In this document: one piece after another, positions 51,307-64,000 of the stretch
How the letters are laid out: every line of letters starts with the position of its first letter
Position numbering within the stretch: the first letter of the stretch is position 1
From: Takakia lepidozioides
Taxonomy: Eukaryota > Plantae > Bryophyta
DNA length: 64,000 nucleotides
Direction of reading: 5' to 3'
Assembly (NCBI GenBank): GCA_030704615.1
Contig: CM060733.1
Span: 37,510,001-37,574,000, forward strand
Position numbers and translations under genes: made by a program
The notes under the pieces: model-generated
Database searches by the model: none
What the model was told of the DNA's origin: nothing
Seen by the model: the letters and a program-made list of their open reading frames with translations, nothing else

Positions 51307-53876
51307 GCTTCTGGACGTTGGGAATAATCAATAGCACGATCACAATTCTCTTTGTCATAGAATTGGATGAACAACAATTCATAGGATATCACTTTCACTG
51401 CGATCCCAAAACCATGAGACTTGCCCTTCAAAATCGACAGGCCATTCCCACCCCCTGCTTCACCCACACCCCTATTAGGATTTTCTGTTGGTCATCCCTA
51501 GCCAAAGAGATGAACCCCAGCCTGCCGCTCACCACCCCCTGTATACCTGGCTAGCCAACCAAACATTTATATGGATCGGAGGGAGACCCCTTTATGACCT
51601 GCAGATGGATCTGAAAGAGTGGCAATGGAAATTCCAGCCCTCCCCAAAGCCATTCTTCGCCTACACCACAAAAAAAGCCTACTCGGCCATGTTGGACCCA
51701 CAACCCCTCCTGGGAAAATGGAATGAAAGGTGGAGTCACCTGGACTTTCAAAATGAAAACTAGAATGCCATATGGGGGACAATTTGGAACAAAATAAGAC
51801 CAGCCAAAGTCGCGACATTCCTATGGCAAATAGCAAACAGAGCTCTAAAAGTAGGAGAATGGCTGGGATTCGACACTGCCCTCCTATGTAAATGTTGCTC
51901 AGCCGCCCTAATGGAAACAGTTGAACACTGCCTGCTCAACTGTCAAGGACTATTGGTGGTCGCTCGTCACCGCATTCTATCGATCGTGGGGGCCCATAAA
52001 CCTCGCACCGGCAGCAATCCTGTTAAACTACAACCAAACCAAAAAAGCCAAAGCCCATCACTGTCCGGTCCTTGAAAGCCTCAGAAGTGCCACACTCTGG
52101 CACCTCTGGAGAGCCAGGTGCGAAAGAACCTTCTGTGGAAGAACATATGCAATATCCAAAATCCTTGCAAAAATTTACATGGACATTCAAATTGAAGCGA
52201 GGAAAGCGTGGGTGAAACTATGTGTAGATATTGAAAGAGCAAGAATGGAGCAGCATGCAGCCGAGCTCCACGATGCCTTTGAGTTAATGTTAATGCCAAT
52301 TGAGTTAAAAACACCTCCACTCGTTTTACATTTTTTCGTGCTTTTTGGTTTACTTGGGTTGCCTCCTGGGGGAGAGATGGGATTATCTGAAACAGCACCT
52401 CCCTTGCTCAGTGCGATTGGAACAAGCTGCCCCCAAGGGTCTGGAGGGGAAAAATATTCCTTCCACAACTTCTCCTCATCCCTATATGTTCTTGGATACT
52501 TCCAAATGCCACATTGGCAGTCACATGCCAAAAAAAATTAGACCGCCATAGATCAACCCAACAAGCTAACTTGTAGAATTCAACATGAAAATCAGGGTTG
52601 ACTCTGATAAGAGGGCAAAACAGGCTGAAATGTGCTGAAGAATGAGCCGTTACCACTTTGTCCTTGACCTCGTGTCATGGCAGCTAGCTTTTCTTTCAAC
52701 CATGGAGGATTCAACCGACCATCAACCCTAAAGGACCTCCTGTGTGTGCTGCTTGTTACCATCCACCGCCTCGCCGGAGTTTGACAGGGATGTCAACTGG
52801 AAGCACGTCAAGCTCTCATCAAAGGCCTCTAGGCTCATTTTCCGCTAATCATTCCATCTACCTCAGAGCACCAATGCGTCTGAGGAGGAACATGGCCCTA
52901 CGACTGGGTAGTATCTTAAGCAAAGTAGACCACACCAAAGAATCCAGAAAAAAGGTGGAAAACAGGTAGAATCAGTCTCAGGGAATCGGCCTCTTAGAGG
53001 TGCAAGTTCGAATATACTCAGCATGAGTGGCTAGGATCCCCTTCACTGACTAGAGTGTGTGTGCCTCATGGCGTAATTCGAGGGTTTATTTTTCTCCCTC
53101 CCAAGAACTCGATGTAAGGGTTTGCCCACCAAAAAATTTCGGAATAAAGTTAACCAGGGCTCTTCCCCGTTAACAAAATAATAATAATAATAATAATTTC
53201 TTTGTGAAATTAAGTGAAATCTTCTAACTTCATTAAAGACATACTATGGTTATTTTAATTTTAATTTTAATTATCTATATCCGGTTGATAACCGGCTGGT
53301 ATTAGATTGGAGTGCCCACCCTATTGCCACCCTATTGATACCCGTCTGCAAATCAAAAATCCGGCGGGTACTAAAATTAAGAGAATCTTCCAATACTATG
53401 GAACCGGCTGGTATTGGAAGCTTACCGGCCCAACACTGGTTTACAAGCACCGTATGTTTCTCAATATCAGACTTGCCAACTGTGGCGATTTCAGAGATAA
53501 CTTTGCCAACAATGCACTCTCGTTGTGGTGGATTTTGGAAATTCTACCGACCTTAAGGAAAAGAGTGGGATGTCACATACATCGCTGACTATTGACAACA
53601 AGGAATCTCCAACAAACTCAAGTAGTGGAAGGTAATGATACAAAAGGGACTTGCTCAAGTAGTGACCAACATGAAGAGTGCGTCCATGAAGCATTTCCGT
53701 GCAATATGGAGGGAGCTAGCACTGTGTTGACATTTAACACAGTGTTGTCATTTTCAGCATTTTCAACACTGTTGAAAATTTTCAACATTTTCAATTTTGA
53801 ACATTTAACACTGTTGAAAATTTTCAGCCCGCTAATCCCTCGGATCTAAGTCAAGGTTGCATGCCAGGGAAGGCCG

Positions 53877-54152
53877 TTGAAGGGGCGCACTGGAAATTCA
53901 GTGGAGGAGTTGGTCGGATATAGCTACTCATTCTTGGAGGATTTCTATTGGTTTGGTGAGCTGATTCCTACGTATCCAAGCTTTTCGGTGTCCCCAAGTG
54001 AGTGTCAAGCACTCTGCCTGAATCGCTGCCTTCTGGTCCAACAGCTCGTTCTGGGGTCAAGAGTGTTTCAAATTCCGCATGGCCTCCAAACCATCGGAAC
54101 GACCTCCGATGGGCCAGCTCATACCGTCTTCCTCAAAATCCCCAAAAGCTAG
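53877..54152 (+). pseudogene. Possible PAN/apple-domain (S-domain) gene fragment
   Basis: SECQALCLNRC...TVFLKIPK resembles the C.A.CL..C...v.lKv PAN pattern; short and incomplete. Confidence 0.35.
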
Positions 54153-54679
54153 ATCTTAGTACATACGTACATAGGGAACAGTAGATGTTTCCTGAGGTTT
54201 TTCAGCCACATATGAGCAACAGGAGAGAATAAGTTTCACATTAGCCTGAGTTCAGATTCACCAAGAGGTTTGTAATTGAGATTCGGCAGACTTTCAAGCT
54301 TGTTTTCATATGCTTTTGGATAGCTTTGGGTCCTCTGTGTTGTCACTTTGCCTAGTAAGCTCCACCAATTTGACCAATTTGACCTGACCAAACCAGACCC
54401 GACCCATTTCATACTGCAATTCTCCAGATGTTAGAGCAAGGGTCCTCACATCCTTACTTATTCGGTCATATATACAAATTTTCTTTGTCATCTGGAAAAT
54501 ATACTTTCTTAACTAATTACACCCTCTATGTAATGGCCAAGAGGACACGCATTAGTAGAGTATGTTGGTAAGATCTTAACTTAAGTATAGTTATATATAA
54601 CAGACAGGCAAAGATGACATTTACAGGCATGTATGCACTTCTGACTTGTTTCTTTACGGAAGGCTTCTCTATGGTTTTG

Positions 54680-56541
54680 TCAGCTTGGACGATTACCCTC
54701 AGGTGGAACAGCGCAAAGGCGGGTGTACATCTGAGCCATTGATCGAAAGCCTCGATGGTCACCAGATCTCAGCAAATTCCCTGTGTTCAAACACACCACC
54801 TCAAGATCAAGAAATCCTAGAGAAGTCGAACTGCCATGTCAAACTTTTGGTGCCAACAAGTATGCCTAAAATTTGAAGATCACTTTTCACTTCATTGATT
54901 GAATGGTCCAAACAGGAAAAATGATGGGATTGCTACCGATGTTTTGGGGATTCCAAACTCAAGGAAGCTGATATTCTTCCTGAAGTCCAATCCATGATAG
55001 GCCCCAAGTTTAGGAAAAAGACTTTAGTAGCACAAGAATGTGGATGCATGCCTCGCAAGCTAGCACCAACCCATTCCATGGCACCTTCGTGTGTCACATG
55101 CTAGTTATTTGCTGAGTCCTTACGCCAGACTATGGTGCAAATCCTGTCCTGTTGACAGTGCCCTCTTGGGTGTTGATACCTTCAATACTATCTTAAAGAG
55201 GAGTTAACATGGAAGCCCAAAATGCAAAAGGAGCAGAATGTACCAGAATCACAATTGAGGGGGCTATCAGCTTCAGGGTGAGCCATGAGCGCAATCACTG
55301 CTCGACACACTGACTGGAGCGTCCATGCTGGACTCCAAGCAGTCTTCAGAATATCCAGACAAATCTCTCCTGTCTGAAAGAGGTCTCACCAAATTGTTGA
55401 CCACTTTGTAAGCAAGGAAATTCCAGACTCCCGATTCCAAGCACCCTTCTTAATGACTTAGCATCTAAACACTTGAAATATCTACGCAGCACAAAACCTC
55501 TGGATCTGGAGCCATTTGGTCCCATTCATGCTCTGGCTACAGCTTCCCAGCAGATGGGTATGAATGTGGCAGGACGAGACAGACATAGTTTCATTTCTGA
55601 TGCAGTGCACTCACACCTCCTCAACAGAGCTGACTGTGGACTCGGGAAGAAGGAGAGCCACATGATGTACCAAACTTAAAGGAGCATAAAGAAACTGGGT
55701 GCACAAACGGCTTCGGTAGGACAATTTCGGTAAAAGTCGATCTGTCAATTTTAATTTCAACCCTAATGCTTCGCAAGCCACAAATGCAACTCACAACAAG
55801 AAAGGGCGAAAACTGGCAAAAGGAATCACCTTGAAGTGGACATTGGGATGAAAAATTTTGGTGACAAAGCGCACTTGTGGAGGTACTAAGGGATACTGCT
55901 CTGGCACATTGATGGCTAATTGGAACACCCCTTCCTCGTAGGGTGTGTCTGTTGGCCCCTGTAATTGCGTAAACAACCGAGGTGAGAATGTGCGCATGAA
56001 TTTTTGCGGGTACCTCTTGGCCTTTACGTACAGAACCGCTGATCGCAACCTTGCAAGCAAAAAGAGCATACAACATGCAGACTGTACAAAGCTAACTATT
56101 ACCACGTGGATCGCTGTTATCGATCTACACAATTTGATGATAGAAAGAGAAAGAGAGAGGACGAGAGAAGGGGAGGCATCAGATCAATGCGCCCGATTTT
56201 ACAGTGTTGAATCTAAAAGCTTGACCAGAAACCAGAAGACTAAAAGAAGCGGGTGACCTTGATGTGGGAAGTCCATCGATAGATATTGGTGTCATCACAT
56301 GTCATCCGAATATCACCATCGGTCCCTTTGTCTCTTTGCAAATCCTTGTACTCCTTAAATAGCCTAGCCCTCGATGCCTGCAACCACCCCGACCCAACGA
56401 AGCATTGAACGCCTCATACATCAGAGGATCAACGCCAAGAATATTGCCAAGGAGGAATCACTGGACCCAGATATCAATTCCCTGTATGAAGACTTTCCAA
56501 TAACACGTACGTAGGTTGGGCAAGGTTTGCGAACTTACCAT
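54680..56541 (-). CDS. PEX4: Peroxin-4 / ubiquitin-conjugating enzyme E2 (UBC21), 160 aa; exons 56541-56539, 56377-56258, 55958-55830, 55373-55244, 54780-54680
   Basis: MASRARLFKEYK...GPTDTPYEEGVF...KIFHPNVHFKTGEICLDILKTAWSPAWTLQSVCRAVIALMAHPEADSPLNCDSGNLLRSGD..; HPN motif and catalytic Cys; all introns GT-AG; 483 nt in frame. Confidence 0.96.
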
Positions 56542-56609
56542 GGCTGCAAAGCCGAGGTATCCAACGAGCTCGTCTCGGCTGACACAGAGTTGCACTGTGC
56601 ATGATCTCC

Positions 56610-56625
56610 AAACCCTAACCCTAAA
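56610..56625. promoter_or_regulatory. Telo-box (AAACCCTA) about 70 bp upstream of the PEX4 ATG
   Basis: aaaccctaaccctaaa; a common motif near plant housekeeping transcription starts. Confidence 0.5.
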
Positions 56626-56759
56626 CTGGATGTGTAAGCTCTCCTCCATCTTCCTACTGAGATAATCTGAATCTTCTGTCCATCCAAGTTAAACGAAAAT
56701 GATCTGTTTAGTCTTTTTTTTTTTTTTTAGGAAAAGGGGGATAGTCTTAGTCTTATTAA

Positions 56760-57569
56760 CCCTTAACTTCCTACAGATAGAGTTTTTTTGCCCTTAAATT
56801 TTCTTACCCCTGGACACTATAACCAAGTTATCCACCTATCATAGTACATCCAAAAATATGAACCTTATAAACCAGTGGTTACCTACCACATACATCCATA
56901 TACCAAATTGCAAAAACATTCACCACAAAAATTTCAAGATTGTAGTATTTTGGTGGGGGTTGTTTTCTTTTTGGGAATTTGAGAAACCTGCACTGTCGGG
57001 TTTGACCAAGCAATTGCAGTTCTGGGCCCACCGCACCCACAACTATATCCTATTCCAAGATATCCAAGTATGCACAAAATTTCATGCTAAAATGCTCCTT
57101 GGTATGTAGGGGGGGTTCAGATATGTTCCTGAACATGGAATTTCTAACATTGTCAAAATGTGTGCTGAAATCCAAGACTTATTTCTATCCAAGTGGTGAG
57201 AGAATGAGTTCCTATGATCCTCATCATAATGTTAATTTTTTTGGGATTCCAATGGTGAATTTTTCAAGTGTTTGAGGCCTAAGTGGGGCCAAGTGTTTTG
57301 GAGCTGGCTGTTGCATGCACCAATAGAAATTTGCCACGTAGGTAGTCAACCTTGCATAGCCCCTCTCCTTACCTAACCCCAACGTTTTTGCAAAAATCTG
57401 CAGGTCAGGGTTTAACTCCAAATGCATTCATTTCCACTTGTGGGTGGGGACTATCTTGTCAGCAAATTTATTGCTTCAGGAATAGTTTAATTTCAATAAA
57501 ATCTCAGCAAGATATGGGCATTTTTCTTACAGGTCAAGACCCCATTCAAGTCGCGTAGGAAGTTAAGGG
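56760..57569. mobile_element. piggyBac-like MITE (810 bp)
   Basis: Perfect 15-bp TIR CCCTTAACTTCCTAC / GTAGGAAGTTAAGGG flanked by TTAA at 56756-56759 and 57570-57573. Confidence 0.85.
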
Positions 57570-58364
57570 TTAAAACAGAGGTAAGAAAAAGAAAAGCAAT
57601 TATGGTGTTCTGGGGCTCTTGCCAGCCGACGCGCTATCTAACTTGCTTGCCTCGCCACATGCCTCACAAGCATAGCGATAGCACTGCAGTTTAGTGAGCC
57701 TCTGTGGGGCATGCTCTTAGCCTTTCAATCATTAGTTGGAGAAGCGAACATTGTTATTGTTATTGAAACTAAAGTACAATAATTGTCAAATGGTGATCAT
57801 GCATTCAATATTATAGACTAGGGACCAAGACCAAGATACTTTTGGATCAAATTGGTCCAAATCTTGGCATATTAAAACATTAATATCATATAGATCAACG
57901 TTTGGTGTGGCTAAAGTCCTTGGGACCAAGACCAAGACCACAAACATTTAGAATGAGGTGGATCACGTTCATCTTCCACACTTGACATTTGAGATTGATT
58001 CTAACTAATGGTCATGATCATTTGAAAAAATCTATTTTAATGAGAACTGGTCTTCTGCACCACATAGGTGGTCTATGATGCCCCATGCTATTATTTAAAG
58101 GAGAAACGAGGTGAATTACGTTTCCTTGTGTATAAGTTTGTTGTAGCATACACTTAAGAGTTTGTTGCACTCCGGTGTGTCTCAGCTTATACTCGAGGCC
58201 TGATTTGGTTGTCCACGAGTTGTTCCAAATTAGTGGTCAGAGAAATTAAACAATGTTCCAAAGACTCCATGGTTTGAATTGAGCAACATCATCTGCCGGA
58301 TGTAAATAAGTCCGGATGTTTAGATTTTAATATCTGGCGGTTATACAGTAATCCGGATATAAAT

Positions 58365-58705
58365 AATCTGCAGAGAATGGCTTCTTGGAAGTTGAGATAT
58401 TGCCCTACCTTTAGAACCCTGTTGGCTATTTGCCAAAAGGGAGGCCCTGAATTTTGCATGTTTGGATTTGTTCCATATAAGCGACAAGATGTAATTCTTG
58501 TTTTCCCCTCTGAATTGCATATGCCCCCATTTGTCATTCCATTTATTCGACAGTGGTTTTGCCGGTGGCAATGCTCGGTAAGTTTTATTCGTTGAGACGA
58601 AATGTGAAGGAGGAGTTGAGATTGGCATCAAAGCTCCACATCCATTCTGTCGGGTCAATCTGTAGAGCTTGGATCGTTTGGCTACCAATCCAAACGAATT
58701 CACCT
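58365..58705 (-). mobile_element. LINE zf-RVT region fragment related to 51560-51900
   Basis: KTYRAL...PLSNKWNDKWGHMQF...IWNK...FWQIANRVLKVGQYL parallels KAYSAM..PLLGKWNERWSHLDF...FLWQIANRALKVGEWL. Confidence 0.75.
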
Positions 58706-58907
58706 TAGTAAGCCATTAAAATTTTATATATGGAAACATAATATTTTTAATTAAATTAAAAGTCATTTGAAAACAATGATACAAAACAAACACATTCAAC
58801 AAGAACAAAAATATAATAATATTACTTATACATAATATTACTCATATATATCAAGTTTATAATTTTAATCATATTTTTATAATATTATATATATATATAT
58901 CAAGTTT

Positions 58908-59257
58908 TGCTGGATTTCAATAGAGAATAGAGATAAAAGATGAACTGATTACTGAGAACTCTCCACCCAACCATAGGACCACAACAAGTTGTGTGTCCAC
59001 CTTTGAGCTCTCCCTAATTATACTCAAAGTATAATCTACGAATAGCTGAGATAACTATAACATAACTCCATGCTTTTACTTAAGTTATCCCTACCTACTA
59101 TTCTGGTACACTGACTTGAGTCACTAATAACTGAAGCTAACTTTAGCTAACTGAGGCTTAATATCTGTGACTTGTCAGCACTATTATTATTGAAGTATGA
59201 CTTGTCATCACAGTAACATTGAGTAGCAGTAACTTGGTCAAGAGTTGATTTCCAACA
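58908..59257 (-). repeat. 3' LTR of the Copia element (350 bp) with polypurine tract at 59258-59266
   Basis: On the minus strand GAGTGGGGG immediately precedes TGTTGGAAATC...GAAATCCAGCA (TG...CA ends), right after the RNase H region. Confidence 0.75.
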
Positions 59258-60196
59258 CCCCCACTCAACGAGTTACCAAGTTAAACACTGAACTACTCCT
59301 ATCAAACCTCGAAAGGATTCATGCTTTTCAACACTAAGTCATTTTGTCAGAATATCTGCAACCATGTTGTTGGTATTGCAATATATCAGTTTGACAATTC
59401 CAGCCTCAGTCTTCTCTCGTACCAGATGATGATGAATCTCAATATGTTCTGTGCGAGCATGAAACGTTGGATTCTTCAAGAGAGCAATATTCTTGGTTGT
59501 CATCATATATGACTATGGTATCATTTACGACCAATATTTGAGAAAAATGATGATAACCATAATGCTTGCTTTGTAGCTTGAGATGCAACCGCATATTCTG
59601 CCTCAGTTGAGGACATAACAATTGTAGATTGCTTCTTGTTGCTCCAGCTAATAACTCCATTTGCTAGCATAAAAACATAGCCAAATGTAGAATGGCGGTC
59701 ATCAACATTACCAGCCCAAACACAATAGCCATATAGCTCTGTGCTTTTGCAAGTATTATCTGAGATCCCATATGAACCCACTTGATCCAACTGAACATTA
59801 TCATTGTTCTTTCTCAAGCACAGACCATAGTCCACTGTGCCTCTCAGATAGTGGAAAATCCGCTTTACTACAACCCAATGGAGTTGCCTAGGGTTAGTCA
59901 TAAATTGGCTTTACAACCTCCACTGTTTGTGTAATATCTGGCCTAATACATACCATTGCATACATGAGACTTTCCACAACACTCTGATAGGGAACATCTC
60001 TCATTGTTTCTAAGTCTACAGCACTCTTAGGACTCATCTCCTTTGAGAGTTTACAATTTGGCACAAATGAGGTATTTACCAGCATACTTTCAGCAATACC
60101 AAAACGCCTTAAGATATCTTTAAGAAATTCACGCTGGTTTAGGTAAATCGCTTGGTCTTGTCGAACATGAGATACCCGATACCCCCAAGCAGTACT

Positions 60197-60615
60197 GATC
60201 TCTTTCAAATCCATCATCTCAAACTTCTTTGAGATATCACTTTGTCTTTTTCAACAAAGCTTGATCAACACATGATCGCAGGATCTCTTTCAGATCCACC
60301 ATCTCAAACTTATTTGAGATATCACTTTGTCTTTTTCAACAAAGCTTGATCAACACATGATCACAAGATCTCTTTCAGATCCACCATCTCAAACTTCTTT
60401 GAGATATCACTTTGTTTTTTTCAACAAACTTGCCTGATCAACACATGATCACATGATCTCTTTCAGATCCACATCTCAAACTCCTTTGAGATATCACTTT
60501 GTATGTTTTTCAATAGAGCCAAGTCATTAAAGGACCAAGATCAGATCATCAACATACACTATTATGACCACACAACCACTATCTCACACTCATTTGAGAT
60601 ATCGACACTCTGTAT
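60197..60615. repeat. About four to five tandem ~85-bp duplications within the Copia RT
   Basis: gatctctttcagatccaccatctcaaacttctttgagatatcactttgt... recurs near 60197, 60282, 60367 and 60455. Confidence 0.85.
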
Positions 60616-62579
60616 ATGTTTCAACAGAGTCAAGTCATTAGAGACCAAGTTCAGATCATCAACATACAAGGTTATGATCACAGAAGAGTTTCCATGAACC
60701 CTCTTGTAGTAAACACTATAATCAGCATAACTCCTCTCAAACTCTTCAGCCATGAAATATGTATCAATCTTGTCATTCCACGCCCTAGGGATTGCTTCAA
60801 ACCATACAAGGACTTGAGGAGTTTATACACCATCATTTCAGCAAATCCCTCTGGCTGGTCCATGCATATTTCCTCCATAAGATATATATTGAGAAAGGTT
60901 GTATATACATCCATCTGATGTACCTCAAGATTTTCAACGACATCAAATGCAAGAATCACCCGAATTGATTTCATCCGTGCAACAGGGGAGGAGGTTTTAT
61001 TGTAATCTATACCTTCAATTTGTGAAACCCCTTTGCAACCAAATGAGCTTTGTGTCTGCATTGCACTTAACTTTGAAAATCCATGTGCAGCCAAAAGATT
61101 GTCATCCACATGGAAGTTCAACAAGACTCCAAGTCTTATTATCTTGAAGAGATTGAAACTCAGAGGCCATTACTTTACTCCAGTGTGAAGACTTCTCACT
61201 CCTAAGTGCATCTGAAACATTTTGGGATTCATCACTATCAATGAAAGAGGCAGAAGATTATACCTTTGAGGGTTTTTCAATCATAGTAGATTGTACCTCC
61301 TCCATTTGAACCTCAACAATCTCCTCAACAATCTCCTCTTCCAATTTATCTTCATGAGTAAGAGCCAAGTTCTCTTTTTCATGGTCCAAACTTGGAACTA
61401 CGCTATTTCTTGGTGAAAGTTCCTAGAATCATTGAATCATCACAACTGATGAACATTGCATACTTGCTCTCAGGGTTATGCACTTTATATCCTTTGGTCT
61501 CTTCACAATAACCAATGAAAATACACTTGATTGCTTTTGCATCCAAGTTTCTCCATATCTCTTTTCGAACATGAGCAAAAGCAATACAACCAAAGACAAT
61601 ATATGATTACTTGAAGGTTTCTCACCCTTCCAAACCTCTTTAGGTGTCTTTGCAAATATTGCCTTATTAGGAAGTCGATTATGGAGATATGTTGCAGTCG
61701 CCACTGTTTCTGCCCAGAAACGTGGTCTAACCTCATGTGTTGCAACATATTCCTCACACTTTCAACAAGCGTTCAATTCTTCCTCTCTACAACTTCATTC
61801 TGCTCTGGCATATATGGTGTGATTGATTGTTTCACAATACCATTCTTTTTACAGAATTGATTGTAATTCTTTGAGACGTACTCACCACCACCATCACACC
61901 GAAGTGTTTTGATCTTTTTCCTAGTTTGATTCTCCACCAAAGCTTTGAATGCTTTGAATCTATCGAGAACTCCAAACTTGTTTGGGATCGTGTAAAGAAA
62001 TGCTTTCCTGGAAAAATCATCAATGAAGGTCAAGAAATATTTTGCACCTTCATGAGATTTAGACGACATATGACCATATAGATCAGTATGCACCAGCTCA
62101 AGAACCTTATTTGTTCGAGAACCTCCATCTTTTGGAAATGAGTTGTGATGGTGTTTACCATACACACATCCGTCACAAATACTCAAGACTCGATCTCCTA
62201 TAAGATCCATTCCTTCAACCAGATTATTAGTTTACATGAATGCCAAACTTTGTATTGAGACATGTCCAAGTCTCGGATGTCTAAGGTCACTTTGCTTGAG
62301 AGTGTATGACAATCCACATGTAAAGCTTGGACTGCCCCAACCAAGTTGTTGCATCTTGAACTACCTCAACTCAACCAACAATGACTGGTAGAAACGTCAA
62401 CCGTAAGACCTTGCTCAGTTAGCTGACTAACTGACAATAGGTTTTTTGGTCAACCTATGAACATAGATAACATGTTCGATATCTTTTGACACTCCAGATG
62501 ATTATTGAAACACAACAATACTTTTTCCATGGATATCAAGACTAATACTATTGTCTCCAAGATACACCTTTTGTCCCAC

Positions 62580-62970
62580 AAATAGTTTTTTGAAGGTTGA
62601 GAATGCTTCCATTTGGAATGTCATATGTTGAGATGCTCCTGAAGATGGATGTGGGGCGAGCAGCTGCTGCTCCTGGGGAAGGCCAACTAGACATTCTGTT
62701 GCTCTGCTCCCAAATTGGACTTACCACAGCTCCACTTTTCACATTGAGTAGTTTTGAGAACTTGAAGCAACTACCCAGTACCATCGTGTTGTGGGTTTTG
62801 GGTGCCTCACAATGTTACAATTTGGAAAGAGACGGTACCCAAGTCCATTGGATTGTTGTCAGAACTTGAAACGCTATGTTTGGCCAGCTCTTCTTTGAGG
62901 AAGTTAACGGGATTTCATTGGATAGTTGTCAAAGCTTAAGACCCTCACACTGGACAATTGTTTGTCTTGG
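62580..62970 (+). pseudogene. Leucine-rich-repeat gene fragment
   Basis: FENLKQLPSTI and, in another frame, ETVPKSIGLLSELETLCLASSSLRKL: LxxLPxSIGxLxxL repeats, frameshifted. Confidence 0.5.
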
Positions 62971-64000
62971 GGAAGTACCGGACTCGAGAGGTAGGGAACT
63001 GCTCAAAACAAAAAAAAATCTTATTTAGGAAACGAATCTTCTCGGGAACCACAAAGAGTTAAGCTGCAGAGATGCCTGGTATCCTGGAGCAAAGGGATTT
63101 GCACATGGTCATAAATTGTAATTGATGTTATTCGGTGTCGACATCAAAGAAGTTGATATATGTTGAATGCCTTGTTTGTATCTACATGTACATGTCCACA
63201 ACTGGAGCCAGTTTCAGGCAAAGTCATATTTTTAGATTGAGTTCTGAAGCAAGAAACTGTGCAGGGAGACGAGGCATTGAATGGAAATCTCATAGCAAGT
63301 TTGATCAGTGATAACAATGAGAGTGTGGGTTCTAAGTAGAAGGGATGACTGTGGGGAGCTCATGTACGACAAAGACAGCAGGGTCACCCAAGGTACTGTG
63401 TGTACTGTGTGCTGTCTTTGTCTGTAAATGACACATTGATAACCAGAAGAGGCTAGATACCCTTGCATTATTTAAGCTGGCCAAGAGCCCACGTGGACTT
63501 CTTTGTCTTCAGCCTTCTTCAGCGGATGCTGAGTAGTTCATTTGTCGAGTGAGTTGATTGCACAAGGCTAGTTCACTGGAGCCTCACCTCTACGGTAAAT
63601 GTCTGCCCAATTACAAGTACATGTCTAGGTTCACTTTTGTCTTAACAAGTCCTCCCTTGAAACTTGAAACGGAGGAAGGCAGCTGCTCAGCTCATGCCCG
63701 ACTAATTTTGTCATTGAGTTTCCTTTTATTTTGAAATGAGTCAAGATTGAGGAGGGGTCTGGCTTGTGTACATTTATCTCCAAAGCACGAGACAGGTGCA
63801 AGGCGATGGAAAACTTACAAGTCTGGGACCAGAGATGCCTACAACACCAAGCGTGAGGCTAACCACCCAATGACTTGAGCTCTGACAGCAGCCAAATTTA
63901 ACAGGTCTCAAGAACGCGTACTTGAAGAGCTTGGTGACATGATGATTAACCATGTCAGAGAAAAGATACAAGCTAGAGACAGTGGAAAAATATTAAACAT

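Larger units (their letters stand above)
46045..53197 (+). mobile_element. Decayed L1/Tx1-type LINE ORF2 (APE endonuclease, RT, zf-RVT) interrupted by four insertions
   Basis: MQINLTSWNIRGLG, FIQEHK, WIVAGDFN, FTWTN, RLDKIY, FDH (endonuclease); SPFLFIIAADAL, MFVDDT, VNWGKT, LPKKKGGLG (RT); FLWQIANRAL...CKCC...ETVEHCLLNC; possible (TAA)n tail at 53177-53197. Confidence 0.88.
58908..62545 (-). mobile_element. Decayed Ty1/Copia LTR retrotransposon (integrase, RT, RNase H); gag and 5' LTR missing
   Basis: CDGCVYGKHH, LELVHTDLYG, FLTFIDDFSR, LRCDGGGEY, PEQNEVVER (integrase); HQMDV, KSLYGLKQ, LYVDDL (RT); SSTEAEY (RNase H); many frameshifts. Confidence 0.93.

Noticed and set aside
53230-53600. Possible hAT transposase C-terminal remnant (LWW...LPTLRK)
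   Set aside because: Too short and degenerate to support.
63020-64000. Possible exons of a gene at the window end
   Set aside because: No recognisable motif or consistent splice model.

Overview
Eukaryotic land-plant DNA, probably from a non-seed plant (spliceosomal introns, PLS-type PPRs, CACTA/MULE/Copia/LINE elements). About 85% of the window is nested transposable elements and the only clearly intact host gene is the E2 PEX4/UBC21 (54680-56541, -). Order along the window: CACTA element 1 with divergent TnpD(-) and TnpA-like(+) genes; a LINE 3' fragment; a truncated Mutator-like element (MULE-1, from 8479); CACTA element 2 (to 43668); an interrupted L1-type LINE holding two hAT-like MITEs; PEX4; a TTAA-flanked piggyBac-like MITE; a decayed Copia element. 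CACTA-2 contains a LINE fragment, a complete 6.6-kb PPR-carrying non-autonomous CACTA (17032-23656, TSD CAT) and a ~13-kb MULE (MULE-2, 9-bp TSD) whose right end was later inverted together with part of the host transposase. The most striking item is the cargo of MULE-2: an intron-containing, now disabled gene combining a ParB/Srx-like domain (DGNHR) with a prokaryote-type beta-class N6A/N4C DNA methyltransferase domain. It is embedded among dozens of palindromic GAAATTCGGCGCCGAATTTC-type sites, and the sister MULE-1 carries a symmetrically altered version of the palindrome. All family assignments come from reading motifs by eye; no searches were run.
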